A DNA stretch of 64,000 bases, from contig CBDBOV010000004.1 of NCBI GenBank assembly GCA_965208575.1, positions 1,216,001 through 1,280,000 on the forward strand. Reading direction: 5' to 3'. The notes below the pieces were generated by a model. It ran no database searches. It was not told the origin of the DNA and saw nothing but the letters and a program-made list of their open reading frames with translations. Position 1 is the first letter of the stretch; the number at the start of each line of letters is the position of its first letter. Shown here piece by piece: positions 1 to 11,395 of the stretch. The stretch is from Spirochaetia bacterium. GTDB taxonomy: Bacteria; Spirochaetota; Spirochaetia; SZUA-6; Bin103. The position numbers were made by a program, and so were the translations under genes.

Positions 1-138
1 GGAAGCGGGCGAGTTGCCGCCGGTCGACGAGCGGCTGCCGGATGAACCGCTGGTGGTGGACGTACCGCAGGTCGGCGAGTATGGCGGCAGTATCGGCGGG
101 GGCCGCGTCGTGCAGAGCGATGAGTGGCGTCCGACCCG

Positions 139-1209
139 CTAACAGCCGGGCCCGCCGCCGGAGTCCTGCGGCCCGAGGCCGGGGGCGTGCACCGGCCTCG
201 GGCCGGGGCCGTGCACAGGCACCTGGCGCCCGGTCAACCCTGACTCCAGCAGCGCATCGAGCGTTCCGAGGACCTGCAGGTTGCCGCGCCCGCTGGTCTC
301 CGGCTCCGGTCCGCCGTTGATCCAGTCGGCGAAGCCCGCCGCCACCTGCGCGTCGAGCGAAAGCCGGTGCGGTGCGTCGAGCGCCACCGGCTGCCAGCCG
401 CCGTCGGCTGAGGTCGCCACCGTGATCCGCTCGACGCCGCCGAACGACAGGGAGTTCTCGTAGCGCAGCGCGCCGTGCTCGCACTCCACGCGCAACTCCA
501 GCGTGTTGATCCGGGCATCCGAGGTGGACAGCAGCACGACACGGCAGCCGCCGGCCAGCGTGAGCTCCGCGGTTGCGGTCGACTCCCGGCGCCAGGTGGT
601 GGCCGGCGGACGGAACGAGTGGCCGCTGACCGCCGCGATCGGCTCGCCCATCATCGCGATCAGCGAGTCCACCTCGTGCACCGTCATCTGCCAGAGTTGG
701 GAGTGCTCGGAGTCCGGGTACTCGCCGCCGCGCGCCTTGTAGGAAACCATGTGCCCTTCCTGCGGCTGCCCCCAGCGGCGCTCGGCCAGCAGCCGGCGCA
801 TGGTGCGCTGACCCGGCAGGTAGCGCCACTGCTGGGTCACGACGACCTTGCGGCCGCGCTCTTCGGCCACGGCCAGCAGGCGGCGGGCCGAAGCAACGGT
901 CAGGGTGAACGGTTTTTCCACCAGCACGTGCGCATCCGCCTCGAGCGCCTGGCCGACCAGCGCCTCATGGGTGCGCGCCCAGGTGGCGACCATCACGGCG
1001 TCGCAGGTGCGGGCGGCGAGCGCCTCTTCCAGCGAGGCGAACGCCAAGTCCGGAGCCACCTGCTCCTCGGCACACACCCGCGCCAGCCGCGCGGCATCCT
1101 GGTCGACCACCCCGGCGACCTCGAAGCGTTCGCCGAGCGCGCGCACGCTGCGCAGGTGCGAGCGCCCGCGCCCGACGCCGACGATTACGATACGAACGGG
1201 ACCGGCCAC
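139..1209 (-). CDS. Gfo/Idh/MocA family oxidoreductase
   Basis: N-terminal Rossmann motif IVGVGRG and the HVLVEKP motif. Confidence 0.9.
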   Translation of the reverse strand: MAGPVRIVIVGVGRGRSHLRSVRALGERFEVAGVVDQDAARLARVCAEEQVAPDLAFASLEEALAARTCDAVMVATWARTHEALVGQALEADAHVLVEKPFTLTVASARRLLAVAEERGRKVVVTQQWRYLPGQRTMRRLLAERRWGQPQEGHMVSYKARGGEYPDSEHSQLWQMTVHEVDSLIAMMGEPIAAVSGHSFRPPATTWRRESTATAELTLAGGCRVVLLSTSDARINTLELRVECEHGALRYENSLSFGGVERITVATSADGGWQPVALDAPHRLSLDAQVAAGFADWINGGPEPETSGRGNLQVLGTLDALLESGLTGRQVPVHGPGPRPVHAPGLGPQDSGGGPGC

Positions 1210-1217
1210 GGTCTCGG

Positions 1218-1583
1218 CTAGCGGACCGTGCTGCCCGACGGGAAGTCACCCGGCACCTCGGCCAGGGCGAGGCGGCCGGATTCGTCCTCCGCGGCCAGAA
1301 TCATTCCCTCGGACACGATGCCGCGCAGCTTGGCCGGCTTCAGGTTGGCCACCACGATCAGCTTCCGGCCGACCAGTTCCTGCGCGTCGAAATACTCGGC
1401 GATGCCGGACACCACGGTGCGCTCGCTGTCCCCGAGGCGCAGGGTCAGGCACAGCAGCTTGTCGGTCTTGGGCACCTGTTTGGCGGCGGTGACCTCCGCC
1501 ACGCGCAACTGCACGCGCGCGAACTCGTCGATGCTGATCGTATCGCCGCCGCTGGCGGCGCCGGATGCGGTTTCGTCGGACAT
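1218..1583 (-). CDS. Stand-alone tRNA-binding OB-fold protein (MetRS C-terminal/Trbp111/CsaA-like)
   Basis: [16 protein letters not shown]...[21 protein letters not shown]; start taken at ATG 1583. Confidence 0.9.
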   Translation of the reverse strand: MSDETASGAASGGDTISIDEFARVQLRVAEVTAAKQVPKTDKLLCLTLRLGDSERTVVSGIAEYFDAQELVGRKLIVVANLKPAKLRGIVSEGMILAAEDESGRLALAEVPGDFPSGSTVR

Positions 1584-1665
1584 GTCGGCGCAGGTTACCT
1601 CATCGTGCCGGCGCCTGCCTATCCGCCCGCGCATGGCGCGCATGGCGGGCATGGCGCGTCGGAGG

Positions 1666-4600
1666 TCAGTCCCGCATTCGCGGACGGGCAGTAGCAATCA
1701 CTCCCTGCGGGCCGACCGCCGCCGGCTGCGGCGCCGCGGCCGGCGTGGCAACCGCGGTGGCAACCGGAGCCGGGGTTACGGCCGCGGCCGGAGCGGGAGC
1801 GGGAGCGGGAGATGCGGACGAGACCGCGCCGCGCTCGCGCCCGGCCACGAACACGCGCCGCGCCCAGCGATCGAGATCGTCGAACAGGGAATACATCACC
1901 GGCACCAGGAGCAAGGTCAGGAAGGTGGCGAACGCCAGCCCGCAGATCACCGCAATCGCCATCGGGCTCCACCAGGCGGCCTGCTCGCCGCCCCAGTAGA
2001 ACTCCGGATCGAGGTCGGTGTAGAGACCGAAGAAGTCGAAGTTGAGGCCGATCGCCAGCGGCACCAGGCCGAGAATGGTGGTGACCGCGGTGAGGATGAC
2101 CGGCCGGAACCGGGTCACGCCGCCACGCACGATCGCCTCGCGAGCGGTGAGGCCGTCACGCCGGCGCAGGACGTCGATGTAGTCGATCAGGACGATCGCG
2201 TTGTTCACCACCACTCCCGCGAGGCTGATCACGCCCACGCCGGTCATCACGATCACGAACGGCATCTTGAACAGCACGAGCCCGAGCAGGACACCGACGG
2301 TGGACATGATCACCGAGCTTATGATGATCAGCGGCTTGGTGACCGAGTCGAACTGCGTGATCAGGATGAACGCGATCAGGAAGGCGGCAAGCAGGAAGGC
2401 CACCAACAGGAACGACTGCGACTCCTGCTGCTCCTGCTGCTGGCCGGTGAAGCTCAGCGCGTACCCGGTCGGCAGGGCGGCGGCGAACGGCTCCATCTCG
2501 GCGCGCACCTCGGCCACCACGGCGTTGGCATTCAGGTCGACGCCATCGAGCTGGGCGCGAACGTCGGACGACACGGTCACCACCCGCTTGAGATCCTTGC
2601 GCGTCACGTCGCCGAGGCCGCGGCTGATAGACCAGGTCGCCACCGAGGAGAGCGGTATCTGTGCGCCGCTGTTGGCCACAACCACCAAGTCGCCCAGCGA
2701 GTCCAGATCTTCGCGGAACTCAGCAGCCAACCGCACGGTGATGTCGTACTCCTCCTCGCCGGCACGGAACTGGGTGGCAACGCGCCCGTTGATCGCGCTG
2801 CGAATGGTATTACCCACGTCGATGGTGCTCAGCTCGTGCAGCGCGGCGCGCTCGCGGTCCACCTCCACCACCAGCTCCGGCCTGCCCGCCGCCATGTCGC
2901 TCTTCAGGCCGTCCAGCTTCGCGAACAGCTCGGAGTCCTCGAGCAGGCGCACCACCTCATCGCCGAGCCGTTTCAAGACGGCGGGGTCGGGCCCGACGAT
3001 CTCGATGTTGAGCGCCTGCCCGGTAGGCGGGCCCGTGGCTGGCTGCTCGACCGTGATCCCGGCGCCTGCGATGCCCTCGCCGGCGACGGCGCGTACCTCC
3101 TCGATGGTGGCGAACACGTCCGCCGCCCGCTCTTCGTAGGGCACGAAGCTCACAATTATCGATGCCAGGTGCGTGCCACTGCCACCCACGGTCGCCACCA
3201 CCGACTCGACGTCCGCCCTGCCGGGCAGCGCCGCGAGCTGCTCCTCCACCCCGCGTACCACTTCGTCGGTCTCCTGCACGCGTGTACCGAGCGGCGCTTC
3301 GACGTTGACCAGCACGCGGCTCGGCGGTATGTCTTCCGGAAAGAATTCACTCCCCAATTCGCTCAGCGAGAAGAGGACACCCGATCCCACCAGCGCGGCC
3401 ACGGCCAAGGCCATCACCGCCGCGCGGTGGCGCAGCGCCCAGCGCAACACCGCCTCGTAGTGGCGCACGATCCACGGCAGCCCGCGATGGATGAGCCAGT
3501 GCCCGCCCGGCTTGCCGATCAACCGGTTGAACGCCAGTACGCCGGCACCGGTGGCTGCCAGCAGAGCGGCGGTCGTCCAGCTCACGGAGACCGACGCGGC
3601 CAGAACGCCGGCAGCGGCCAGAAGGAACACGATGCGCGCCGCCAGCGGCAGGCGCTGTCCCTTGACCCCCTCGGTCTCGACCAGCCGCGAAGCAAGCGTC
3701 GGCAGAATGACCAGCGCCACGAACAGCGACGAACTCAGGGTAATGATCAGCGTCAGCGGCAGGTACTTCATGAACTCGCCGACGATGCCGGGCCAGAACG
3801 CCAGCGGCACGAAGGCCGCCAGGGTGGTAGCCGTGGAGGCGATGATAGGCGTGGACACCTCGCCGGTCGCGAACCGAGCCGCCTCGGTACGTGCGAAGCC
3901 GCGTTCGCGGTAGCGGTAGATATTCTCGACCACCACGATGGCGTTGTCGACCAGCATGCCGAGCGCCAGGATCAGGCTGAACAGCACCACCATGTTCAGG
4001 GTGAAGCCGACAAACTGGATGATCACGAACGAGATCAGCATGGACAGCGGGATCGCCAGCCCCACGAACGGCGCGGTGCGCGTGCCCAGGAAGAACAAGA
4101 GCACACCCACCACCAGCAGCAGGCCGGAGATGATATTGTTCTCCAGGCTGCTCACCATGTCGTTGATGTCGTTCGACTGGTCCGCGGTGATCTTGGTGAC
4201 CGTACCCGGCGGCAGCGTCGGCTCCACCTCGGCGAGCACCGCGCGCACGGCGTCGGCAGTCTCCAGAATGTTGGCGCCGCTGCGCTTGACGATGCCCAGC
4301 GAGATCACCGGTAGACCGTCCAGGCGCGCGTAGCTGTCGCGCTCCTTGAAGCCGAAGTCGACGGTGGCCACGTCGCGCACGTACACCGGCCGCCCGTCGC
4401 GCGTCTCGATGACGATGTCGCCGATCGCCGACGTGGCTTCAAATTCGCCCGGCACGCGCACCAGGTACTTCAACTCGCCCACGTCGATGGAGCCGCCGGG
4501 CACCGTGACGTTCTCGTCGCGTACCGCGTCGCTGACGTCCTTGAAGGCGAGGCCGTAGAACTTGAGCTTGGCCAGGTCGACGTCGACGTACACCTCCCGT

Positions 4601-5229
4601 TCCAGGCCGCCGGAGAGCTGCGCTTCGAGCACGCTCGGAATCTGCTCGAAGCGGGTCTGGAGATCCTCCGCCACCTCGCGCAGGCGCACCTGGTTGTAGG
4701 GCCCGGCGATGTTTACCTGCATGATCGGAAACTGCGAGAAGTTGCTCTCGAATATCTGCGGTTCGTTCGCTCCGGAGGGCAGCTCCGGCTTGGCCAGATC
4801 CACCTTCTCGCGCACCCGCTGCAGCGCCTCGGTCATGTCCATGCCGGCCACGAACTCAACGTTGATACTGGCAACACCCTCGCGTGAAGTGGAGGAGATC
4901 ACCTTGACGTCGGCGATGGTGTTCAGTTCGTCCTCGAGTGGTTGCGTGACCAGGGTCTCGATGTCGCGCGGCGCCACCCCGGCGTACACGGTGGTCACGA
5001 AGATATTGGGCTGGACGATTTCCGGTATCGACTCGCGCGGCACGCGCAGATAGGACACCAGGCCGCCGGCGATCAGGATCAGCATCAGCACCACGACGCT
5101 GGTCGGGTGCCTGATCGCCAGCGAGGTAACGGCGAACTCCTTGAGCTTGCCGGTCCCGGGCACGCGGTCGCCGTTCGCGTCCACCGCGCCGGCGCTCACC
5201 GGAGGGACGATTCCCGTCGGGCTGCGCAT
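1666..5229 (-). CDS. RND efflux permease (AcrB/AcrD/AcrF family)
   Basis: 1187 aa with two sets of TM helices and motifs [31 protein letters not shown]. Confidence 0.95.
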   Translation of the reverse strand: MRSPTGIVPPVSAGAVDANGDRVPGTGKLKEFAVTSLAIRHPTSVVVLMLILIAGGLVSYLRVPRESIPEIVQPNIFVTTVYAGVAPRDIETLVTQPLEDELNTIADVKVISSTSREGVASINVEFVAGMDMTEALQRVREKVDLAKPELPSGANEPQIFESNFSQFPIMQVNIAGPYNQVRLREVAEDLQTRFEQIPSVLEAQLSGGLEREVYVDVDLAKLKFYGLAFKDVSDAVRDENVTVPGGSIDVGELKYLVRVPGEFEATSAIGDIVIETRDGRPVYVRDVATVDFGFKERDSYARLDGLPVISLGIVKRSGANILETADAVRAVLAEVEPTLPPGTVTKITADQSNDINDMVSSLENNIISGLLLVVGVLLFFLGTRTAPFVGLAIPLSMLISFVIIQFVGFTLNMVVLFSLILALGMLVDNAIVVVENIYRYRERGFARTEAARFATGEVSTPIIASTATTLAAFVPLAFWPGIVGEFMKYLPLTLIITLSSSLFVALVILPTLASRLVETEGVKGQRLPLAARIVFLLAAAGVLAASVSVSWTTAALLAATGAGVLAFNRLIGKPGGHWLIHRGLPWIVRHYEAVLRWALRHRAAVMALAVAALVGSGVLFSLSELGSEFFPEDIPPSRVLVNVEAPLGTRVQETDEVVRGVEEQLAALPGRADVESVVATVGGSGTHLASIIVSFVPYEERAADVFATIEEVRAVAGEGIAGAGITVEQPATGPPTGQALNIEIVGPDPAVLKRLGDEVVRLLEDSELFAKLDGLKSDMAAGRPELVVEVDRERAALHELSTIDVGNTIRSAINGRVATQFRAGEEEYDITVRLAAEFREDLDSLGDLVVVANSGAQIPLSSVATWSISRGLGDVTRKDLKRVVTVSSDVRAQLDGVDLNANAVVAEVRAEMEPFAAALPTGYALSFTGQQQEQQESQSFLLVAFLLAAFLIAFILITQFDSVTKPLIIISSVIMSTVGVLLGLVLFKMPFVIVMTGVGVISLAGVVVNNAIVLIDYIDVLRRRDGLTAREAIVRGGVTRFRPVILTAVTTILGLVPLAIGLNFDFFGLYTDLDPEFYWGGEQAAWWSPMAIAVICGLAFATFLTLLLVPVMYSLFDDLDRWARRVFVAGRERGAVSSASPAPAPAPAAAVTPAPVATAVATPAAAPQPAAVGPQGVIATARPRMRD

Positions 5230-6477
5230 CTAGCCGCCGACCAGGCTTACCACGCTGCCGTCGTCCACCTGCCGGTGGCCGGCCGTGATCAGCCGCTCGC
5301 CCGCCATCAGTCCCGAGGTCACTACCACCTCGTTGGCATACGAGGCGCCGAGGTTCACCTCGCGCGCCTCGGCGGTCAGACCGTCGGTGCCCTGTTCAGC
5401 CACGAACACCTGGAAGCCGTTTTCGGTGCGCTGCACGAGGTCCTGCGGCACCACGATCACCTGTTCCTCGCGGGTGCGCTCGACCTGTACGTTGGCCACC
5501 AGGCGCGGGCGGATCAATCCCTCGCCGTTGTCGAGCACGATCTCGATCGGCACGGTGCGGCTGCGGCGGTCCACGCTGACGCCGACGAACTCGATCTCTC
5601 CTTCGAACTCGCGTCCTTCGAGCACGTCGAACGTCACCAACGCCAGCGTTCCGGGCACGATCGTGAGCGCGTAGCGTTCCGGTATGCCGGCGACCACGCG
5701 CACCTGGTCGGTGGCCAGCACCCGCAGCAGACGGGTGCCGGGAGTCACCAGCTCACCGGTCTCGACGTACTGCTCGTCGTAGGTGCCGGAGATGGGCGAC
5801 GCGACCAGGGTACGCGCCTGCCGGGTCTCCAGCACCTTGAGACGGGCGGCGCTGGTCTGCACCTGTGACTTTGCCTCCAGCACCGCCATCTCGGTGCCGA
5901 CGCGCTGCTCTTCCCACAGGCGCCGCTGCCGTTCGTAGCGCTCGGTGGCGATGTCGAGGATGGCGCGCGCCTCCTCCGACTGAGCGTCCAGCAACTCGGA
6001 AGAGATACGCGCAACCGGCTGTCCGCGCGACAACCGCTCCCCCTTGGCGACCAGGAAGCCGGCGATGGTCCCGGTCTCCTCGGCGGACACCGTCACGTCG
6101 TGCATCGCCTCCACCTCGCCTACCACGCGGATGTATTGCACGAACGTGGTCGGTTGCACGCGGGTGACCTCGACGTTCACCACGCGCGCCCCGAACGCGG
6201 CTGCCAGCGGACCACGCTCCTCCACCGGCTCATCCGCCGCGGCGGTGTCGGTGGGAGGCGTGCAGCCGGCGCCCATCAACGCCAGCGAAGCGGCCAGCAG
6301 CACCGCCCCCGCCAGCACGCGGTTGGGCACGGATGCCCGAGCGTGCCGTGAGGGAACCCCGCGTCGGCCCGAGAGCAGCCGCGCCGGGCGGCAGAGTGCG
6401 CCGAGCGATCCTGCCGGCCACAGGTGAGTTAGGAGCAACGCTGCCGGGCGGTGATGCGCCACGGGCGGCCTAGCCAT
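5230..6477 (-). CDS. RND periplasmic adaptor (membrane fusion protein)
   Basis: Lipobox-like GAGC, biotinyl-lipoyl halves (VSAEETG..., SPISG), GLMAGERLIT; lies between TolC and RND; start uncertain. Confidence 0.9.
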   Translation of the reverse strand: MARPPVAHHRPAALLLTHLWPAGSLGALCRPARLLSGRRGVPSRHARASVPNRVLAGAVLLAASLALMGAGCTPPTDTAAADEPVEERGPLAAAFGARVVNVEVTRVQPTTFVQYIRVVGEVEAMHDVTVSAEETGTIAGFLVAKGERLSRGQPVARISSELLDAQSEEARAILDIATERYERQRRLWEEQRVGTEMAVLEAKSQVQTSAARLKVLETRQARTLVASPISGTYDEQYVETGELVTPGTRLLRVLATDQVRVVAGIPERYALTIVPGTLALVTFDVLEGREFEGEIEFVGVSVDRRSRTVPIEIVLDNGEGLIRPRLVANVQVERTREEQVIVVPQDLVQRTENGFQVFVAEQGTDGLTAEAREVNLGASYANEVVVTSGLMAGERLITAGHRQVDDGSVVSLVGG

Positions 6478-7954
6478 CGGCCGCGGCTTTCGTGCCCGCC
6501 GCACGGTCCACCAGCGGCACCTGGCCGGTGGCGACTTCCAGGCGCGATGCGGTGGACAGGTAGTCGTACACCGCCTGCGCGTAGTTGAACTCCGCCTCGC
6601 GCAAGGTGGTCTCGGCGGCGACCACCTCGAACTGGCTTCCCACCCCCGCGCGGTAGCGGGCGGTGGCGATGTCGTACCCGCGCTGCGACTGCACGATCGC
6701 CACGCGCTGGCTGGCGGCGCGCGCACGCGCCTCGCGCATCGAAGCGGCCAGCGTGTGCACCTGGTTCACCATCTCGAGTTCCGCCTGGCGCAACCGGTTG
6801 GTGACGAGGCGCAGCTCCTCGCGCCGCTGCTCCAGGCGCGCACTGGGCCTGAATCCGCTGAACACCGGCATCTGGATCGACAGGCCGGCGGACGCCGACA
6901 GATCCCACTGCGTATACTCGTTTCCGGCGAACACCGAGGCACGAGTCCCGAACACATCGTCTTCGTCGTTGTCGGCGACGCGGAAGTCGACGCTGCCAAA
7001 CGCCCGGATCACCGGCAACACCTCGCGCTCCTGCACCTCCACCTGTATCTCGCCCAGCGTCACCGACGAGCGCAACTGGCGCAGATCCGAGCGCAACGTG
7101 AACGCCGCCTGGCGCAGCTCCTCTTCGGTCATGGCCGCCAGGGCAACCGCTCCCGCGGCCGCGAGCAGGTCCGCGTTGCCGGCACTGTTGGCCGCGCCGG
7201 GCGCCAGTTGCAGTTCGCTGAGCGAGCCGGTCACGGCGACCGGCTGCAGCGGGTCCACCCCGAGGGCCACCAGCAACCGCCCACGCGCCGCGGCGACCTG
7301 GTTGCGGGCCAGGATCAGGCGCGTTTCCAGGTTCGTGAACTGCACCTCGGCGCGCAGCAACTCGTCGTCGCTGGCGAATCCCTCGCTGTGGCGGGCGCGC
7401 GTCTCGCGCAGTGTCTGCCGCACGCGGGCGATGCTTTGCTCGGTGAGCGCCTCCCGCTCGGCGGCCAGCAGAACGGAGAAGTAGCTCTGCCGCACCAGGT
7501 CCACCACCTGGTGCGCCGCGCCGCGGCGCTCCTCGCCGCGCAGCGACAGCAGGTTGTCGGCGGCGGCCAACCCGGAAAACACGCGGAAGTCCATCACCGT
7601 CTGGTTCAGCTTCAGGGACGCGGTCCAGGTGTTGTCGGGCGCGCTCGAGGTGTCCGACTCGATCTCGGGATCCTCGCCCGGGACTACTCGCTGGCTCCAG
7701 GCACCGAGCGCGCGCAGGTAGGACGCCTCGGCGGACACCTGCGGCCAGACGCCCGCGTAGGCTTCGCGCACTTGCTCCTCGGCGATACGTACCGACGAGG
7801 AGGCGGCCAGAATCTGCAGGTTGCCGGTCAGAGCGACTTCGACCGCGGTGCGCAACGGCAGGGCTCCGGAACCGGGCAGGGTCTGGGAGTGGGCGCACAC
7901 ACCGGCCAAGCTGAGAAAGAACAAAATCGCCGGAGCGATCGGGTGCGTTCGCAA
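6470..7954 (-). CDS. TolC family outer membrane efflux protein
   Basis: Signal peptide, OEP repeats (RYRAGVGSQFEV..AE), operon with MFP and RND. Confidence 0.92.
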   Translation of the reverse strand: MRTHPIAPAILFFLSLAGVCAHSQTLPGSGALPLRTAVEVALTGNLQILAASSSVRIAEEQVREAYAGVWPQVSAEASYLRALGAWSQRVVPGEDPEIESDTSSAPDNTWTASLKLNQTVMDFRVFSGLAAADNLLSLRGEERRGAAHQVVDLVRQSYFSVLLAAEREALTEQSIARVRQTLRETRARHSEGFASDDELLRAEVQFTNLETRLILARNQVAAARGRLLVALGVDPLQPVAVTGSLSELQLAPGAANSAGNADLLAAAGAVALAAMTEEELRQAAFTLRSDLRQLRSSVTLGEIQVEVQEREVLPVIRAFGSVDFRVADNDEDDVFGTRASVFAGNEYTQWDLSASAGLSIQMPVFSGFRPSARLEQRREELRLVTNRLRQAELEMVNQVHTLAASMREARARAASQRVAIVQSQRGYDIATARYRAGVGSQFEVVAAETTLREAEFNYAQAVYDYLSTASRLEVATGQVPLVDRAAGTKAAADG

Positions 7955-8034
7955 GGACTATCTCGTACCGCTATTTTCGCGTCGACGGACACCGCCAACC
8001 GATGTTCGGAAGGTACCGCCCGCCCCCCGTGAAG

Positions 8035-9126
8035 TCAATTTGAGCGAGGCCCTCGCAACTCCCCGGACGGTGCGTGGTCGATGCGCGGGATCAGGCCTTC
8101 GATCTCCTCGCGGTAGGCGAACAGGGCCGGGGTGCCGCCGGTGTGGACGAACACCACCGCCTGCTCCCCTGTGTAGCGGCCGGCGCGGATGTCGGCGATC
8201 AGGGCGGCCATCGCCTTGGCGGTGTACACCGGGTCGAGCAGGATGCCCTCCAGACGCGCCGCCAGCGCCAGGGCCGCCATCGCATCCGGAGACGCCTGCC
8301 CGTATCCGGGACCGACGTGGCGGTCGTCCACCTGAACGTCGGCTGCCGTCAGATCGGGCGGCAGGCCGAGCAACTCGGCGGCCCGGTTTGCCAACTCCGC
8401 GATCGATGCCGCCTCGTCCCACGGCCAGCGGATCGGCAGCACGTTGCGCACCAGGCCGGCGGTGGCAAGGTGAGCGGCGCCGAGCGTGAGTCCCGCGCCG
8501 GTGGCGCCGGCGGCGCTCACGTACACCGCGGCGGGGGCGACCCGCCGCTCAGCGAGCTGTTCATCGAGTTCGGCCATGGCCAGGACGTAGCTCACCGCGG
8601 CGCGGCCCCACAGCGCGCGCGACTGCACGTACACGGTGCGCCCGGCGGCACGGAACTGTGCGGCGCGCTCGGCCATCAGCCTGTCCAGGTCCGGCCCCAG
8701 GGCGGCCTCGGTAAACTCGTAGCTGGCGCCGGCGATGTGGTCGAGCAGCAGGTTGCCCTGCAACTCGGTGGCGGCGTGGCCGCGGGACAGCACGAGGTGG
8801 ATGTCGAGGCCGAGTCTGGCGCAGGCGGCGGCCGTCTGGCGGCAGTTGTTGGACTGCACCCCCGCGCCCCACACGACCAGGTCGGCGCCCTGGTCGAGCG
8901 CCTCGCCGAGCAGGAATTCGTTGTGGCGCGTCTTGTTGCCGCCGAACGCGAGGCCGGTGCAGTCGTCGCGCTTGATGAACAGGCGCGGCCCGCCGAGGTG
9001 GGCCGCGAGCCGCGGCATCTCCTCCAGCGGGGTGGGCAGATGCGCCAGCGGCACGCGTGGCAGGCGGGCCGCGCGCCGGCGCAGGTCGCTACCGGCCGCC
9101 GCGCTACCCGCAGCGTGAGGGGACAT
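8035..9126 (-). CDS. PLP-dependent D-cysteine desulfhydrase / ACC deaminase family protein
   Basis: PTPLE, KRDD, GGNKTR, QSN; DPVYTAK and HTGG carry Thr where true ACC deaminases have Glu/Leu; ATG overlaps the upstream TGA. Confidence 0.9.
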   Translation of the reverse strand: MSPHAAGSAAAGSDLRRRAARLPRVPLAHLPTPLEEMPRLAAHLGGPRLFIKRDDCTGLAFGGNKTRHNEFLLGEALDQGADLVVWGAGVQSNNCRQTAAACARLGLDIHLVLSRGHAATELQGNLLLDHIAGASYEFTEAALGPDLDRLMAERAAQFRAAGRTVYVQSRALWGRAAVSYVLAMAELDEQLAERRVAPAAVYVSAAGATGAGLTLGAAHLATAGLVRNVLPIRWPWDEAASIAELANRAAELLGLPPDLTAADVQVDDRHVGPGYGQASPDAMAALALAARLEGILLDPVYTAKAMAALIADIRAGRYTGEQAVVFVHTGGTPALFAYREEIEGLIPRIDHAPSGELRGPRSN

Positions 9127-9974
9127 CAGCCGGACGCCGACGCGACCGGCTGCCGGTTGGGCGTGCGCTCCAACAGGCACTGCGGCCACACGATGGAGCG
9201 CCGGCGCGGCGTGAGCCGGTCCAGCAGTGCCGGCGACGGCTGGTAGCCGTGCCGGAAGTTGCCCCACGACGGCCCGTAGCGGTTCACCAGGATGCGGCGT
9301 TCGCCCGCGTTCTCGCGCCGCGCCGAGCCGTGCGTGCAGCAGTCCACGAACAGCAGCGCATCGCCGGCGCGCAGGTGCACTTCCAGGCTGCCCTCGATCC
9401 GCTCCGCCGACGGCCGCTCTTCGACGCCCATCGAGTAGGAGGTAAAGTCGGGATGCTCGAAGTTGCTCTTGTGGGAGCCGGGAATCAGCACCGTGCCGCC
9501 GTCGCCGGGGCCGATGTCGGTGAGCGCAACCAGGACGTTGATCTGGTTGCAGTGGAACTTGCCGCCGAGGTAGCGGAACTGACAGCGGCTCAGCCCCAGG
9601 TGGCCGCCGTTGTGCAGGCCGATCGCCTCGCCCGGACCGCGGAAGTTGACGAAGTTCTCGTCGATGAACAGCGGCCCGTGGTGCTCGTCGAAGCTGTGTT
9701 CGCCGCCGACGAAGTGGCGCACCTTGTCGAACCAGGAGGGATGGTCGATGAGGCGCTCGAACGGTGCGCCCGCCTCGTAGATCTGCTGATAGTTCAGCCC
9801 GTCACGGTCGCCGAAGGTGTGCGCGTGCACGTAGCCGTACCACTCGCCCACCTGCAACCGCGGCATGGCGTCGAGACAGTCGTTCAGGTCCTGCACTTCG
9901 CCGCGGGACAGGGCCCCCTGCAGGACGAGAAACCCGCGCAGATCGAAGAAGTAGATGTCGCGGTCGGTCACCAT
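9126..9974 (-). CDS. Phytanoyl-CoA dioxygenase (PhyH) family Fe/2OG enzyme, HxG variant
   Basis: FDLRGFLV, GGTVLIPGSH, AGDALLF..THG..RR; first His motif reads LHNGG. Confidence 0.88.
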   Translation of the reverse strand: MVTDRDIYFFDLRGFLVLQGALSRGEVQDLNDCLDAMPRLQVGEWYGYVHAHTFGDRDGLNYQQIYEAGAPFERLIDHPSWFDKVRHFVGGEHSFDEHHGPLFIDENFVNFRGPGEAIGLHNGGHLGLSRCQFRYLGGKFHCNQINVLVALTDIGPGDGGTVLIPGSHKSNFEHPDFTSYSMGVEERPSAERIEGSLEVHLRAGDALLFVDCCTHGSARRENAGERRILVNRYGPSWGNFRHGYQPSPALLDRLTPRRRSIVWPQCLLERTPNRQPVASASG

Positions 9975-10111
9975 ACGCCGACGGATGGTAGGGACAGCCT
10001 CCGCGCGCCGTCAAGGGCGCCCAACCTGGCAGTGACTCGCCATGCCGCACGCTGCTGCGCTGGAATCCGAGCCGGGCAGCGGCGGCGCTTCCAACACGGC
10101 CATCGATGCCG

Positions 10112-10774
10112 CTACACCGGAGTTGCCCGGTCCAGCAGCGAGGTGACGATGCGGTAGGTCATGCCCCAGATCAGGTGGCGCCCGAAGCGCACCGCCGGCA
10201 GCCGCCGGGTGCCGCCGTTCCGGGTCAACGGCAACACCGTGCGCTGACCCGGGTCGCGCAGGTGGCGCACGGCGATCCAGTAGGCGGCGGCGACCTCCGC
10301 GGGGTCGACGGTCAACTCCGGCGGCTCGCCTTCGAGGTGGAACGCGAACGGCGCTACCGAGCCGCCGATCGGATGTCCGCCCCGGACCATGGGAATCGGC
10401 GGCAGCGCGCCGAGGTAGCGGGCGCGTGCCAGGGCGAGGCCCACCTCTTCACGCGTCTCGCGCACCGCCGCCGCGCACAGGCTGGCGTCGACCGGCGCGG
10501 CCCGGCCGCCGGGAAGCGCCATCTGCCCGGACCAGGGGTCGCGCGGATGGGTGGCGCGGCGAATGAAGCACAGCCGCAGGTCGGTGTCGCTGCCGGCGAA
10601 CACCAGCGCCACCGCGGCTTGATCCGCGGGCGAGCGGCGCGCGCGCCGACCCTCAGGGCCTGTTGACCGCGGTTGCGGCGTTACGTCCACGGTCGGCGGG
10701 GCGGAGCCGCCGGACAGGCGCACGTCGTGGGTGCCCGCCTCGGCGATTGCAGCTTCGATGGCGGCAATGGTCAT
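10112..10774 (-). CDS. Nudix hydrolase, CoA pyrophosphatase-like
   Basis: AAVAL, PWSGQMALPGG, AAVRETREEVGL, IWGMT. Confidence 0.9.
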   Translation of the reverse strand: MTIAAIEAAIAEAGTHDVRLSGGSAPPTVDVTPQPRSTGPEGRRARRSPADQAAVALVFAGSDTDLRLCFIRRATHPRDPWSGQMALPGGRAAPVDASLCAAAVRETREEVGLALARARYLGALPPIPMVRGGHPIGGSVAPFAFHLEGEPPELTVDPAEVAAAYWIAVRHLRDPGQRTVLPLTRNGGTRRLPAVRFGRHLIWGMTYRIVTSLLDRATPV

Positions 10775-11037
10775 CGCCGTAGCGTACCGCGCCGCGCCGG
10801 GACGGTCATCAATCACGGCGTGTGACTGGTCGGACTCGGCGCGAAGTTGACTGCACGCCGTCAGGGCATGTTCATGACGCGCGGCGCCGTGGCGAGGCCG
10901 GACGGCGAGGCCGGTCATGCCGGGCAACGCAAGGGCGCGCGCGCCGAGGATGCCCTGCTCGGCCTGGGAATGGGCTGGTGCACGTGGAGGGGTTGAGCTA
11001 CCGCAGCGTGCCGGCTGCCGGTCCCTCACGCTGCCTA

Positions 11038-11094
11038 TTGCCTCACGTAAAAATCTAACCTTACGGTGAGCGTGCCTCACGTAAGAATCTAACC
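11038..11094. repeat. Terminal inverted repeat, two ~22-bp subrepeats (11039-11060, 11073-11094)
   Basis: TGCCTCACGTAA(A/G)AATCTAACC twice. Confidence 0.85.
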
Positions 11095-11331
11095 GAAAGG
11101 GAGGCGGAGAACGAGGGGGGAGCGCGAGGGGGGAGACTCATAAATTGTGGATAAGTGGATAGGCTGCTGGGCGACCGGCCGGGTTGATTCAAGCACACCA
11201 ACGCGACCGGGGGCGTATCTGGTTGGTCGGCGCGGATGAGGAGGCGTCAACGGCAGGGAGGTGGTCGGTGCCGTGTCGTGTCGCTGACCGAAGAGGGGGC
11301 GGACGGGTCTGGAGGCGACTTCGGTGCTGGT

Positions 11332-11395
11332 GACACGGGGATGTCCAGACACCACCTCGTGTCGCGGAGAGGCCTTACAGCGCGGCTGAGGCGAC
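11332..11395 (-). repeat. 64-bp hairpin motif, copy 1
   Basis: 60/64 identical to 13304-13367; outer stem GACACG...CGTGTC. Confidence 0.85.

Noticed and set aside
1218-1583. Full metG gene
   Set aside because: Only the OB-fold domain is present; no catalytic HIGH/KMSKS region
1228-4314. 1028-aa plus-strand ORF and many similar long ORFs (e.g. 15549-17906, 45734-48121, 60468-62393)
   Set aside because: Antisense or alternate-frame shadows of real genes in high-GC DNA; no motifs
11039-11094. Plasmid iterons
   Set aside because: Mirrored at 14769-14824, so these are transposon ends; no rep gene
11146-11161. Chromosomal oriC suggested by DnaA boxes
   Set aside because: Only paired boxes, always inside IS tails; no dnaA/dnaN and no AT-rich unwinding element
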